In this document: piece after piece, positions 47,605-55,546 of the stretch
How positions within the stretch are numbered: position 1 is the first letter of the stretch
Layout: every line of letters begins with the position of its first letter
Virus record (IMG/VR): IMGVR_UViG_3300035156_000156
Location: 508 to 64,507 of that record
DNA length: 64,000 nt
Direction: 5' to 3' (one strand)
Source: a virus
Lineage: Duplodnaviria > Caudoviricetes
Notes under the pieces: generated by a model
What the model was told of the DNA's origin: nothing
Database searches by the model: none
What the model saw: the letters and a program-made list of their open reading frames with translations, nothing else
Made by a program: the position numbers and the translations under genes

Positions 47605-47906
47605 GCCGCCGCCTTGTCCATCGCCTTGCGGATACGCTTGCACAGCGCGGCGTATCGCTTGTCGTTCGCGCGCATATCACCAGCGCGGCGCACGGCATTT
47701 ATGATCGTGGTGTGATCGCGCTTACCGACAGCTTCGGCGATTTCGGACAGCGATACCTTGGCGGATTCGCGTATCGCCAAAATGATCGCAAACCGGCCGT
47801 GCGCCAAACGAGGATAGCGCGACCGACTAATCACGTCGTCATATGTCATGCCCGCAGCGCGTGCGCCGGCCGCGATGACCTCGGGCCGCAACGCCGCCCG
47901 GCTCAC
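47601..47906 (-). CDS. DnaA C-terminal (domain IV) HTH protein
   Basis: DVISRSR..RLAHGR...SLSEIAEAVGKRDHTTIINAVRR matches the DnaA signature SL.EIG..FG.RDHTTV. Confidence 0.85.
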   Translation of the reverse strand: MSRAALRPEVIAAGARAAGMTYDDVISRSRYPRLAHGRFAIILAIRESAKVSLSEIAEAVGKRDHTTIINAVRRAGDMRANDKRYAALCKRIRKAMDKAAA

Positions 47907-48106
47907 TTCTTCGGCCGCCAGCCATTAGCGAACTGGCGCAACACCATCTGCGCCAAGGTGCCGGCCCGTATCTTGCCCTCAAGCCAATCGTAGAACGTTC
48001 GCTTGCCGACCGATCCTTGCAGCAGCGTCAGCACTTCGGCCACGGTCTTAGACTTGGTGGACTCCACGGCGGCCTTGGCCAGCGCGGCGGTTTCGGGATG
48101 CTTCAT
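47903..48106 (-). CDS. Small putative DNA-binding protein
   Basis: SVGKRTFYDWLEGK is HTH-like. Confidence 0.55.
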   Translation of the reverse strand: MKHPETAALAKAAVESTKSKTVAEVLTLLQGSVGKRTFYDWLEGKIRAGTLAQMVLRQFANGWRPKK

Positions 48107-48345
48107 CGTACCAATACCTCGGATTGGGGGTGTGCAAATATGCCCTCGCGCTTGCCGCGGTACGGGCCGTCGATCACGTCCACCACCACGATCCACGCCA
48201 CGGCTTCGCGACGGGACTCGGGGTGGACGATGGGGGTGCTGTGGCTGGGCCGGTTGCTGGCGACCACGCCCAAGCAGTTGTGCGACAGCGATACGCGATC
48301 ACCTGCCGCCAGATCGCGCACCAGCACCCGGCGCGGCATCAGCAA
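48103..48345 (-). CDS. Hypothetical protein
   Basis: Coupled ORF. Confidence 0.55.
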   Translation of the reverse strand: MLMPRRVLVRDLAAGDRVSLSHNCLGVVASNRPSHSTPIVHPESRREAVAWIVVVDVIDGPYRGKREGIFAHPQSEVLVR

Positions 48346-48358
48346 CGCCCCCGCATTG

Positions 48359-48553
48359 TCACAGTACGAAGATCGTAAAGCCGATCAGCACCGCGAACAA
48401 CGCGGTGTAGCGCAATCCATCGGTGATTTCCTCGGGCGCTACGCCGAACAGGTCGCCAAGGCTTTCGCGCATGCGGTAAGCCTGAACGCCGAACGTGATC
48501 AGCAGAGCGATCACCAGCATGGCGGAAACAATGGTGGCGGCTTGTTCGGTCAT
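48359..48553 (-). CDS. Small two-TM membrane protein
   Basis: AGGAGG RBS; two hydrophobic segments. Confidence 0.6.
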   Translation of the reverse strand: MTEQAATIVSAMLVIALLITFGVQAYRMRESLGDLFGVAPEEITDGLRYTALFAVLIGFTIFVL

Positions 48554-48744
48554 TTCAGTACCTCCTTGGCTAGTGGCCGACCTTGCGCGGTCAGCCGATA
48601 GCCGAGTGCTTCTTCGTCGTCGTCGGCGGGGTGTTCCGTGGCCAGACCAAGCGCCCACAGGGCTTGAAGCGGGGCGCTGTCGAACCGCACCCTGATCACA
48701 CCGCAGTCGCGCAACTGGCGCAGGGCGGCGAGCTGGTCAGACAT
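48550..48744 (-). CDS. Small wHTH-like protein
   Basis: LWALGLA...YRLTAQGR. Confidence 0.55.
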   Translation of the reverse strand: MSDQLAALRQLRDCGVIRVRFDSAPLQALWALGLATEHPADDDEEALGYRLTAQGRPLAKEVLK

Positions 48745-48946
48745 CGACCGAGACGCGATCCGGCAGGCCATCCGGCACGGGTATGGCGACCGAGCCAAGG
48801 CCGCCGAACGAATTGGAGTTCGCCACCTCGGCGTCGGCGCGCTCTTTGGTGTAGCGGCCCGCCTCCACGATGCGCATCGTGTAGCCGCGGGCGTAAGGCC
48901 GCCACCAAGCGCCATGCTTCTCGGACCAGATCAGATATTCGCCCAT
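48737..48946 (-). CDS. Conserved small phage protein
   Basis: YLIWSEKHGAWWRP..RGYT..I.EAGRY...A motif. Confidence 0.7.
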   Translation of the reverse strand: MGEYLIWSEKHGAWWRPYARGYTMRIVEAGRYTKERADAEVANSNSFGGLGSVAIPVPDGLPDRVSVDV

Positions 48947-49194
48947 CAGTTCACCCCTTCTTCACGGCCGAGCCGCGGCATCGTGATGCCGCCGTTGCGA
49001 TGCTTGGCCCCGCACTTCCTGTTGATGCACACCTTGCCGCCGCCGCACAGCGACCACACGAATGCCCGGCTGACTGTGCCGCAGAACGGGCACTCGATGT
49101 CTTCGTATCGCTTGCCTAGCCCGGTGTAGCCGCCCGTCGCGATCACCTTGTGCCTGCGCATGGCGTTTTCGCTGCGGTTGTAAGGATCGGCCAT
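48946..49194 (-). CDS. Zinc-finger protein
   Basis: ECPFCG...WSLCGGGKVC...CGA. Confidence 0.7.
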   Translation of the reverse strand: MADPYNRSENAMRRHKVIATGGYTGLGKRYEDIECPFCGTVSRAFVWSLCGGGKVCINRKCGAKHRNGGITMPRLGREEGVN

Positions 49195-49254
49195 CGTTGC
49201 TTCCTATGTGCTGGTGCCAGTGGGCGGGTCGCTCGCGCGGCCCGCCGGTTGGTA

Positions 49255-49797
49255 TCAGGCGCGGTTCACTGCGATGCCCAAGGCGTGCAACTCGTCGTCG
49301 TCAGCCCCGGAGACAAGGGCTTGCAACAGGTCGGCATGATCTGACGCGTTGTCGGCCAGCACCTGATCGGCGTGCGCCTGTAGGGCGGCCCGGACGCGAG
49401 CCGCATAGGCGGTACGCTCGGCCAGTTCCTTGGCGGCTTCTTCCTCGCGATGGGCTTGCTGGCCAAGTTCGAATAGGCCATGCGCCTCGGCTTCGTTCAA
49501 CGCGAGCGCAACGGTGTCGCGGTTGGCCTTGGCGTCGGCGTCGGCGTCGCGATAAGTGGTGTTGCCGCCAATCTTGGTGGCGGTGCCAATCGGCGGGTTC
49601 ACGTAAATCGTGCGGCGCTTGGTCGCGCTGCCGATGCGGCTTTCGTGCTTGACCCGATACGGCTTCACGGGTTGGCCGTCCTGCACTTCAAGCCACACGT
49701 GGAAGCGAGCCGATCCATCGGCGGCATCCCACGAAACCGAAATCATCGAATGCGATCCGCTCATCCGCAGACCGGGGGTGGTCGGGCCGCCCTTCAT
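49255..49797 (-). CDS. Hypothetical protein
   Basis: ATGA-coupled 180-aa ORF. Confidence 0.65.
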   Translation of the reverse strand: MKGGPTTPGLRMSGSHSMISVSWDAADGSARFHVWLEVQDGQPVKPYRVKHESRIGSATKRRTIYVNPPIGTATKIGGNTTYRDADADAKANRDTVALALNEAEAHGLFELGQQAHREEEAAKELAERTAYAARVRAALQAHADQVLADNASDHADLLQALVSGADDDELHALGIAVNRA

Positions 49798-49913
49798 GCT
49801 GCACCCATCAGGCGCAGGGCGCGACGGCAGCGCGAGGCGCAGCGGGTGTCACCGGCCAGTTCGGCCGCGTGCATTGTGTATTCCAGCCGGATGATCTTCG
49901 ATTCGGTCGCCAT
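49794..49913 (-). CDS. 39-aa early protein
   Basis: AAGGAGG RBS directly behind a promoter cassette. Confidence 0.6.
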   Translation of the reverse strand: MATESKIIRLEYTMHAAELAGDTRCASRCRRALRLMGAA

Positions 49914-49955
49914 GATGGCCTCCTTGGGTGGCGTCGCTCGGTTGCCGAGTCGACG

Positions 49956-50012
49956 TGATCTGTATGGCCCCGCTGTGCGGTGGCCGCAATAGATATTTAT
50001 GCGGCGGCCGCA
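49956..50012 (-). promoter_or_regulatory. Early promoter cassette 1 with two TGCGG-N3-CCGCA sites
   Basis: Minus strand TTGCGG-N17-CATACAGATCA; palindromes at 49976-49988 and 50000-50012. Confidence 0.7.
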
Positions 50013-50404
50013 ATGCGGCGGCGGTCGCAGTAGTTCGTACCTTCGACCAAAATCTTGGCGGCCATCAGGTCAGCGCGCGGGCGGGCGGCTTCGCGGTCCT
50101 CGGCGTTGAAGGTGTCCAGAATGTTGCACATCTGCTGAAACGAAGCCTGCGCGATTTCGCCTGACCCCCTCGCGCCACGCCACGCCTGCGCGAACTCGAT
50201 CAGGGCAGCGCCACGGGTCAGCCGGCGATTGTTGCGAGCCTGCTTGCACGCTGGGGTGCAGAACGTGGGCATCGGCCCCTTGGCGCTCTTGCGCACCACC
50301 GCGCCCCCGCACTCCGGGCACACGCGCTCGGCGGCGCGCTGGGCGATCGTCGGCTTGACGGCCTTGGCGGGCTTGGCGGCGGCGGGTGCGGTGGCGGTGG
50401 TCAT
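49997..50404 (-). CDS. Zinc-finger hypothetical protein
   Basis: CPECG...FCTPACK; AAGGAG RBS. Confidence 0.75.
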   Translation of the reverse strand: MTTATAPAAAKPAKAVKPTIAQRAAERVCPECGGAVVRKSAKGPMPTFCTPACKQARNNRRLTRGAALIEFAQAWRGARGSGEIAQASFQQMCNILDTFNAEDREAARPRADLMAAKILVEGTNYCDRRRIAAAA

Positions 50405-50447
50405 GGGGTAGGCTCCTTGGGTGGCCGACTCGCTTTGCGATGTCGCC

Positions 50448-50502
50448 TGATCTGCATGCCCTATCTGTGCGGGCACCGCAAAGCCTTTCCGCATAAAGCG
50501 GG
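50448..50502 (-). promoter_or_regulatory. Early promoter cassette 2
   Basis: Minus strand TTGCGG-N17-CATGCAGATCA; palindrome 50468-50480; upstream CCCGCTTTATGCGG. Confidence 0.7.
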
Positions 50503-50536
50503 AAAGAAAACGGCGGACGAAGCCGCCGCAGGTGGG

Positions 50537-50770
50537 TCACTGGTCGGCAGCGCGCAGCATATCGAAACCGCGGTCGCGCAGCGTGGCCTTCAACTCGCCC
50601 AGCAAGACGCTGGACAGTGCGGCGTCGTCGCTGTCCGTCACGCGCCACACGCCAGCGACCTTGGCGACGTGCAGGCGCTGGTCGCCGCGAATCGCGACAT
50701 ATCTGCCGGGCTGCGGTTTGGGTTGGCGAGGCGTCGAAAAGAAGCCGTTAAGGGTTCGGGATAGGGTCAT
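50537..50770 (-). CDS. Hypothetical early protein
   Basis: GAGGA RBS; upstream hairpin at about 50790-50811. Confidence 0.65.
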   Translation of the reverse strand: MTLSRTLNGFFSTPRQPKPQPGRYVAIRGDQRLHVAKVAGVWRVTDSDDAALSSVLLGELKATLRDRGFDMLRAADQ

Positions 50771-50816
50771 CGGTGGTTCCTCGGTGGTGGGGCGGGGCGT
50801 GCGCCCCGCCCGCGTT

Positions 50817-51059
50817 TTACAGGTCGGCCGCTTCGTTGATCGACATCGCGACGCCGGTGGCATCAGTGATGCGCTTCGCCATAGCGTCGGCAGCCGCGCG
50901 ATCCGCCAGCGGGAAACGGTAAGCATCCTTGAACCCGGCAGCGGCCAGCCGGGCGCGCTCGTCGGCAGCACGTGCCCGCCGCTGGTCGCGAGGTTCGGCG
51001 TTGATGAACTTGCGCGACACGGACCAATAGGCCGGGGTAGGTTTGCCCATATTGAACAT
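50817..51059 (-). CDS. Hypothetical early protein
   Basis: AAGGAG RBS; upstream hairpins 51081-51102 and 51110-51129 (C-UUCG-G loop on the minus strand). Confidence 0.7.
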   Translation of the reverse strand: MFNMGKPTPAYWSVSRKFINAEPRDQRRARAADERARLAAAGFKDAYRFPLADRAAADAMAKRITDATGVAMSINEAADL

Positions 51060-51135
51060 GCTCGATACTCCTTGGGTGGTGCAGACGGGTCGCCCGGTCT
51101 GCGGTTGGTGGCGGGGCCGAAGCCCCGCCGGGAGA

Positions 51136-51456
51136 TTAGGCGAAAAACAGGCCGTTTTCCTTGTGGAACCGGCCCGAGCGATCGTCGCGGCCGAACCATG
51201 CGGTCTGGCGGGCGGGGCGGCCATTCTCGGCCGGGAAGCAGGTGATCGAAGCGGGCCACACCTTTGCGCCCTGCTCGTACCGGCCACTCAAGCCCGACAC
51301 GTACACGTTGGCGCTGTCTTCGTAAGTGCGCGCCGGGCAACGCTGGGTCTTGCCGCGCAGCGTCACTTCGACGGTTGCCAGCTTGGCGACGCCTGCGCGA
51401 GTCTCTACGATTTCGCCGGTGAAGGTGAGGCTGTCGAGGTTCACGAGGTTGGTCAT
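51136..51456 (-). CDS. Hypothetical early protein
   Basis: AAGGAG RBS behind a promoter cassette. Confidence 0.75.
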   Translation of the reverse strand: MTNLVNLDSLTFTGEIVETRAGVAKLATVEVTLRGKTQRCPARTYEDSANVYVSGLSGRYEQGAKVWPASITCFPAENGRPARQTAWFGRDDRSGRFHKENGLFFA

Positions 51457-51499
51457 GGTAGGCTCCTTCGGGTGGGGCGACTCGGTGTCCGATGCCGCT

Positions 51500-51554
51500 T
51501 GATCTGTGTGCCCGAAGTGTGCGGTGCCCGCAACACCTTTCCGCATAAAGCGGG
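51500..51554 (-). promoter_or_regulatory. Early promoter cassette 3
   Basis: Minus strand TTGCGG-N17-CACACAGATCA; palindrome 51520-51532; upstream CCCGCTTTATGCGG. Confidence 0.7.
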
Positions 51555-51715
51555 TATTATTTCAGCCCCGGACAAGCGAGCCGGGCGTGCGGGGGCCGCA
51601 CCGTGCCGATCCACTCGCCGCAGCGGCTGTTGGGCCGGAAATCGCGATCGGGATGCGCGAGCGTTTCGGCCGTGCTATGCGCAGGCATCGCCAACGCCAC
51701 GCAACGGGGTGTCCC

Positions 51716-52957
51716 ATGATCCGCAACTATCTCGCCGCCGCCCTTCTGCTTGTCGGGGCCACCCCCGCCAGCGCGCAGATCACCACATACATCGGCCCCG
51801 ATCGCAAGCCGCAGACGGTGGACGCCGCCCACCCGCTGCCCGTCACCTCGGCCAGTGGTGGCGGCACCGCGGGCGGCGCGACCGCCGCCAATCAGACCAC
51901 GCAGATCACCGCCGAGCAGGACACGCGCGATCGGCTTGGTGCCACCAGCGCCCCGGCTGCGGGCACCGTCAACGCGCAGCTTGGTGCGATCCGCACCGCG
52001 CTCGGCACCCCGGCACAGGCTGGCGGTCCGGTCAGCATCACCGGGGCCGTTCCATTGCCCACGGGCGCGGCTACCGCGGCGCGACAGGACGCAATGCTGA
52101 CGGCCCTTGGCACTCCGTTGCAGGCTGGCGGTTCGGTGAGTGTCGCGGGGACAGTTGCAACGGCGCTTGACGGCATCACGGACGGCGCAGCGACTCCCTT
52201 TAGCGTCGCGGCTCCGGTGACGGCGGGCGGCAACGTCGTCGCGTCCACCAACGTGACCGGCTATTCGTCGCTGTTCCTCTACCTGACCAGCATTCAGACC
52301 AGCGGTGCAACGCTAACGCTTCAGCAGAGCTACGATAACACCAACTGGATTTCTGTTTTCGGGCAGAACCCGAACACGAATAACAGCTTGGGTTCCACCC
52401 AGACGGTCGGCACCTTCGCGCCTTATTTCTACCAAATCCAAGCGCCTTACATTCGGATCATTCAAAACGGCACGGGCACGGCGGGCACGACTACGGGCAC
52501 GATTGTCCTCAAGCGCCAAGCCTATGCGCCGCAGACGTACGGGCAGACCACGGCGATCATCACGGCGGCGGGCGCAAACATCAAAATGGACGCCACCGCC
52601 GGGACCGGCTTTCCGGCTTCGACCGCGTTCCAATTGCTGTCGGCCGCGACCACCAATGCGACTGTGGTGAAGGCATCCGCCGGGAAGCTGGTCTATGGCT
52701 CGATCGCGAACCTGTCGGCCGCGGTGAAGTTCGTGCGGTTCTACGCCACGGCAGCCGTGCCGGTGCCCGGAACCACGGCGCAAGTCCGCGTCGTCGCAGT
52801 GCCACCGAACACGACGATCGGTATTCCGTCGGTGCTGGGCGCGTTCGGCATGTACTTTTCGACCGGCATCGCGATCTCGATCACGGGCGGCGCGGCCACG
52901 GCCGACACCACCCCGGTCGCCGCTGGCGATGTGCTGGTGGACCTCGGCTACCTGTAA
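51716..52957 (+). CDS. Signal-peptide-bearing, Thr/Ala/Gly-rich beta-structured protein
   Basis: MIRNYLAAALLLVGATPASA-Q signal; ALGTP.QAGG repeats; TNATVVKASAGKL domain. Confidence 0.8.
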   Translation: MIRNYLAAALLLVGATPASAQITTYIGPDRKPQTVDAAHPLPVTSASGGGTAGGATAANQTTQITAEQDTRDRLGATSAPAAGTVNAQLGAIRTALGTPAQAGGPVSITGAVPLPTGAATAARQDAMLTALGTPLQAGGSVSVAGTVATALDGITDGAATPFSVAAPVTAGGNVVASTNVTGYSSLFLYLTSIQTSGATLTLQQSYDNTNWISVFGQNPNTNNSLGSTQTVGTFAPYFYQIQAPYIRIIQNGTGTAGTTTGTIVLKRQAYAPQTYGQTTAIITAAGANIKMDATAGTGFPASTAFQLLSAATTNATVVKASAGKLVYGSIANLSAAVKFVRFYATAAVPVPGTTAQVRVVAVPPNTTIGIPSVLGAFGMYFSTGIAISITGGAATADTTPVAAGDVLVDLGYL

Positions 52958-52998
52958 CGCGATCGGGTCGGGGTACGTGCTGCCCCGGCCCTCTTTGA

Positions 52999-53793
52999 TC
53001 ACAACCCGGCTTGCGGGCGATGCGGCGGGTGTTGATTGGCCCGCTTCCAGAACAGGTGTTCGTCAGCCCGCATCAGCGCGAGGTGCGCGATCACGTCATC
53101 GGTGGGGCACATCGCGCCGGCCCAACTGTCGGCGTAGTAGGCGATCGGGTGCATGCACAGCGCGCACAGCATGCGCATGCCCTGATCCCGCTTGCCGGCC
53201 GCCAGCGCGAGCGTCGGCCGCAGCTTGCGGAATATGTACGTGACGCCCGAGCGCGGCGACGTTTCGATGAACATGCCGGTTAGCAAGTACTGTTTGAAGG
53301 CGACGTGCCGCAGCATCGTGCCCAGCAGTTGCACCGCCCGGCCTTCCTGTTCGATGCCCCACGCCGACGAACAACCCAGCGTGCGCAGATCGTGTTCGAT
53401 GTGATTGTGCCCCGGCACCTTTCCCCAACTGATCACGCCGTCGCGTTCCATGATCAAAATGTCGCAGCGGTGGCGGCGCGAGTACCATTGATTCCGCAGC
53501 CGCCATCCGTCGTCGTCATCGTCTGGGCCAGCCTTGCGGGCGAAGGCCGCCGCGAACGGGTAGGACGGTTCTACGATCAGGTGTTCGCCCTCAAGCGGCA
53601 TCGGGATGCCGGCCCATTCGGCTTTGTCGCCAGCCACTTCGAACAGCTTGGATCGCAGATCATGCAGCGGGTCGCAGGCCCTAACCGCCCGCCGTCCTCG
53701 CGACTGCGACGGCATCGGTGCTGCTTGCTGCGACACGGATTTGCGCCGCTCTTTGCTTGCGGCGGCGCGGCGGGATTGGCGGCTCTTGGTCAT
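52999..53793 (-). CDS. Unknown protein with Cys/His/Asp motifs; partner of the -GG protein
   Basis: GAGGA RBS; LCMHPIAYY...AMCPTDDVIAHL..MRADEHLFWKRANQH. Confidence 0.8.
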   Translation of the reverse strand: MTKSRQSRRAAASKERRKSVSQQAAPMPSQSRGRRAVRACDPLHDLRSKLFEVAGDKAEWAGIPMPLEGEHLIVEPSYPFAAAFARKAGPDDDDDGWRLRNQWYSRRHRCDILIMERDGVISWGKVPGHNHIEHDLRTLGCSSAWGIEQEGRAVQLLGTMLRHVAFKQYLLTGMFIETSPRSGVTYIFRKLRPTLALAAGKRDQGMRMLCALCMHPIAYYADSWAGAMCPTDDVIAHLALMRADEHLFWKRANQHPPHRPQAGL

Positions 53794-54040
53794 GGGCGGA
53801 GTCCTCGGGCATGGGGTCGCCGGCAATAATATATTCGGCGGTGTTTTCATCGAACGACAGGGCGCGGCGATAGACCGGCCCCTTCTCGTCTTTGCCGACC
53901 TCGATCAGCAGCACGAAGCCGCGCCGGATCATATCGGTGACGGTCTTTGCCGCCTTGGCCACATCGGCCGGCTTGGTGTTATCGAAGACCAGCTTGGTGT
54001 CGCCGGCTCCTACGTTCAGAATCCCTATCGAACCGGGCAT
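53681..54040 (-). CDS. 119-aa protein ending in a C-terminal diglycine (putative ubiquitin-like)
   Basis: AAGGAG RBS; ends AVAVARTAGG-stop; CDS call is firm, ubiquitin-like call is inference. Confidence 0.75.
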   Translation of the reverse strand: MPGSIGILNVGAGDTKLVFDNTKPADVAKAAKTVTDMIRRGFVLLIEVGKDEKGPVYRRALSFDENTAEYIIAGDPMPEDSAHDQEPPIPPRRRKQRAAQIRVAASSTDAVAVARTAGG

Positions 54041-54213
54041 CGTCGTGGCTCCTTGGTAGTGATCGTGTGCGGCTGGCCGGCAGCAGCCGCCACGGCGGCA
54101 TCGGTGGCGGCCTGCGCCGACGGGTGCGGCAGGTTGCCCCAATGGCCCGCCAGCGACAGCGTGACGCCGCCCTGTCGGCGGTTGGGGGTGATGATGAAGT
54201 CCATCTTGGTCAC
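54025..54213 (-). CDS. Hypothetical protein
   Basis: GTGA coupling to the HNH-like gene. Confidence 0.5.
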   Translation of the reverse strand: MTKMDFIITPNRRQGGVTLSLAGHWGNLPHPSAQAATDAAVAAAAGQPHTITTKEPRRCPVR

Positions 54214-54587
54214 AGCGTCACCGCCCGGCCCGTGGCACATTCCAGTTCGAAGGCCAGTTGCCCGGCTTTGGCCAAGATGCGCTTACGCCTCGATTCGGCG
54301 TGGTGCGCGGCGTCATAGGCCAAGTGACACTTGTTGCAGGCGGCCATCAGATTATCGTCGTCGCTATGCTCGGGCACGTGATCAAGGTGGGCCGTGGTCA
54401 ACACCACCACCGACCCGGTTTCCGGGTGCGCGCACCCGTGGCGGGCTTCGCATCGCCCGCCAGCGTGCACCTGACCGCACCGCCCATCGCACTCGCACCG
54501 GCCCTGTGCCCGCTGGAACCGGATGCGCAGGCTGATCGCCTTCCAATCCTTGGGATAACGCTTGGCGTTGTCGGGATGGATCGGCAC
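54210..54587 (-). CDS. HNH-like zinc-binding phage protein
   Basis: RYPKDW..IS..IR..RA..RCEC...VVLTTAHLDH.PE....NL.A.C.KCHL.YD. Confidence 0.8.
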   Translation of the reverse strand: MPIHPDNAKRYPKDWKAISLRIRFQRAQGRCECDGRCGQVHAGGRCEARHGCAHPETGSVVVLTTAHLDHVPEHSDDDNLMAACNKCHLAYDAAHHAESRRKRILAKAGQLAFELECATGRAVTL

Positions 54588-54590
54588 GGA

Positions 54591-55226
54591 TCAGGCCCCC
54601 GTCAGCACGCTGTGCAGCCGCAGAAATCGGTGCGCCGCGTCGTCAGGGTGGGCGTAGGGAATGATCCGCGCTTCGAACGGTTCGTACCCCTCGGTTGATG
54701 TCTGCCCGCTGCCGCCATTGTCCCACACTTCGTTCGCGTGCCCGGCCAGCAGATCACGGCGTTCCGTCACCAGCATGCGAATGTCGAACCGCTTGATCAG
54801 CGCCGGGTCCGGGCACACCACGCCGAACCGCGCGTCGATCGCAGCGCCGCACCGCTTGATCACAGCCCGGAAGCTGTCACCCATCAGCGGCTTGACCGGC
54901 CCCGGCACGTCGCCGAACGGCACTTCGTCGGATTCGTGCATCAGGAACGCCAGCGCGTGCGGCTTGCCGTAGCCCTCGCGCAGCAGGTGTTCCGCACCCC
55001 GCACGCAATGTTCGCCGACGCCGTAGAACATGCGTTTGCCGTCGCTGCGAGCCTGCCCGCGCCAGCGCACGGTGTACGCCAGCGCAAAGGCATAGTCCTC
55101 GATCGTCATCGTGGTGGATTCGGGCGCTTCGAAATCGAAGTAATTGCCCCCGCCCCATGCGATCGTCGCGCCGCGAATGTGCTTGCGCGCTTCCGCGCCC
55201 ACCTCGGCTGTCACTGCACCACCCAT
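54591..55226 (-). CDS. HD-family phosphohydrolase (YfdR-like nucleotidase)
   Basis: FYGVGEHC...LMHESDE..FGDVPGPVK...D.RML.TERRDL. Confidence 0.8.
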   Translation of the reverse strand: MGGAVTAEVGAEARKHIRGATIAWGGGNYFDFEAPESTTMTIEDYAFALAYTVRWRGQARSDGKRMFYGVGEHCVRGAEHLLREGYGKPHALAFLMHESDEVPFGDVPGPVKPLMGDSFRAVIKRCGAAIDARFGVVCPDPALIKRFDIRMLVTERRDLLAGHANEVWDNGGSGQTSTEGYEPFEARIIPYAHPDDAAHRFLRLHSVLTGA

Positions 55227-55546
55227 CACTTCGCCCCTTCCGCGTCGAGCATATCGGCCAGCCGCATGAACGATGCGCCGAACGTGCGCGCCGCTGCTGC
55301 ATCGAGTTGGGCCACCAGCCCCTTGCCCATGGCCCCGGCGGCAGGATCGGGCGCAGTGTAGATCAGCACCACCACCCGGCTGTCCTTTGGGTCCGGGCGC
55401 TTGCCCAGCATGGTGGTGAAGCCCGGCGCATCGTTGCACAGCACCGGGCCGCGCACGGTTTCAATGATGCGTTCGCCCATCAACGGCGCGCCGGTTTCGA
55501 TCGACTCCGACGACGCCATCTTGATCGGCTTGAGCGGCTTGGCCAT
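55226..55546 (-). CDS. Hypothetical protein
   Basis: GAGGA RBS; TGATG coupling. Confidence 0.65.
   Translation of the reverse strand: MAKPLKPIKMASSESIETGAPLMGERIIETVRGPVLCNDAPGFTTMLGKRPDPKDSRVVVLIYTAPDPAAGAMGKGLVAQLDAAAARTFGASFMRLADMLDAEGAK

Noticed and set aside
49913-51554. Repeats as a CRISPR or mini-array
   Set aside because: Copies are degenerate, about 0.5-1 kb apart and separated by whole genes; no cas genes
54210-54587. Mobile homing endonuclease or intron
   Set aside because: Short HNH-like protein in an operon, interrupting no gene and with no intron structure
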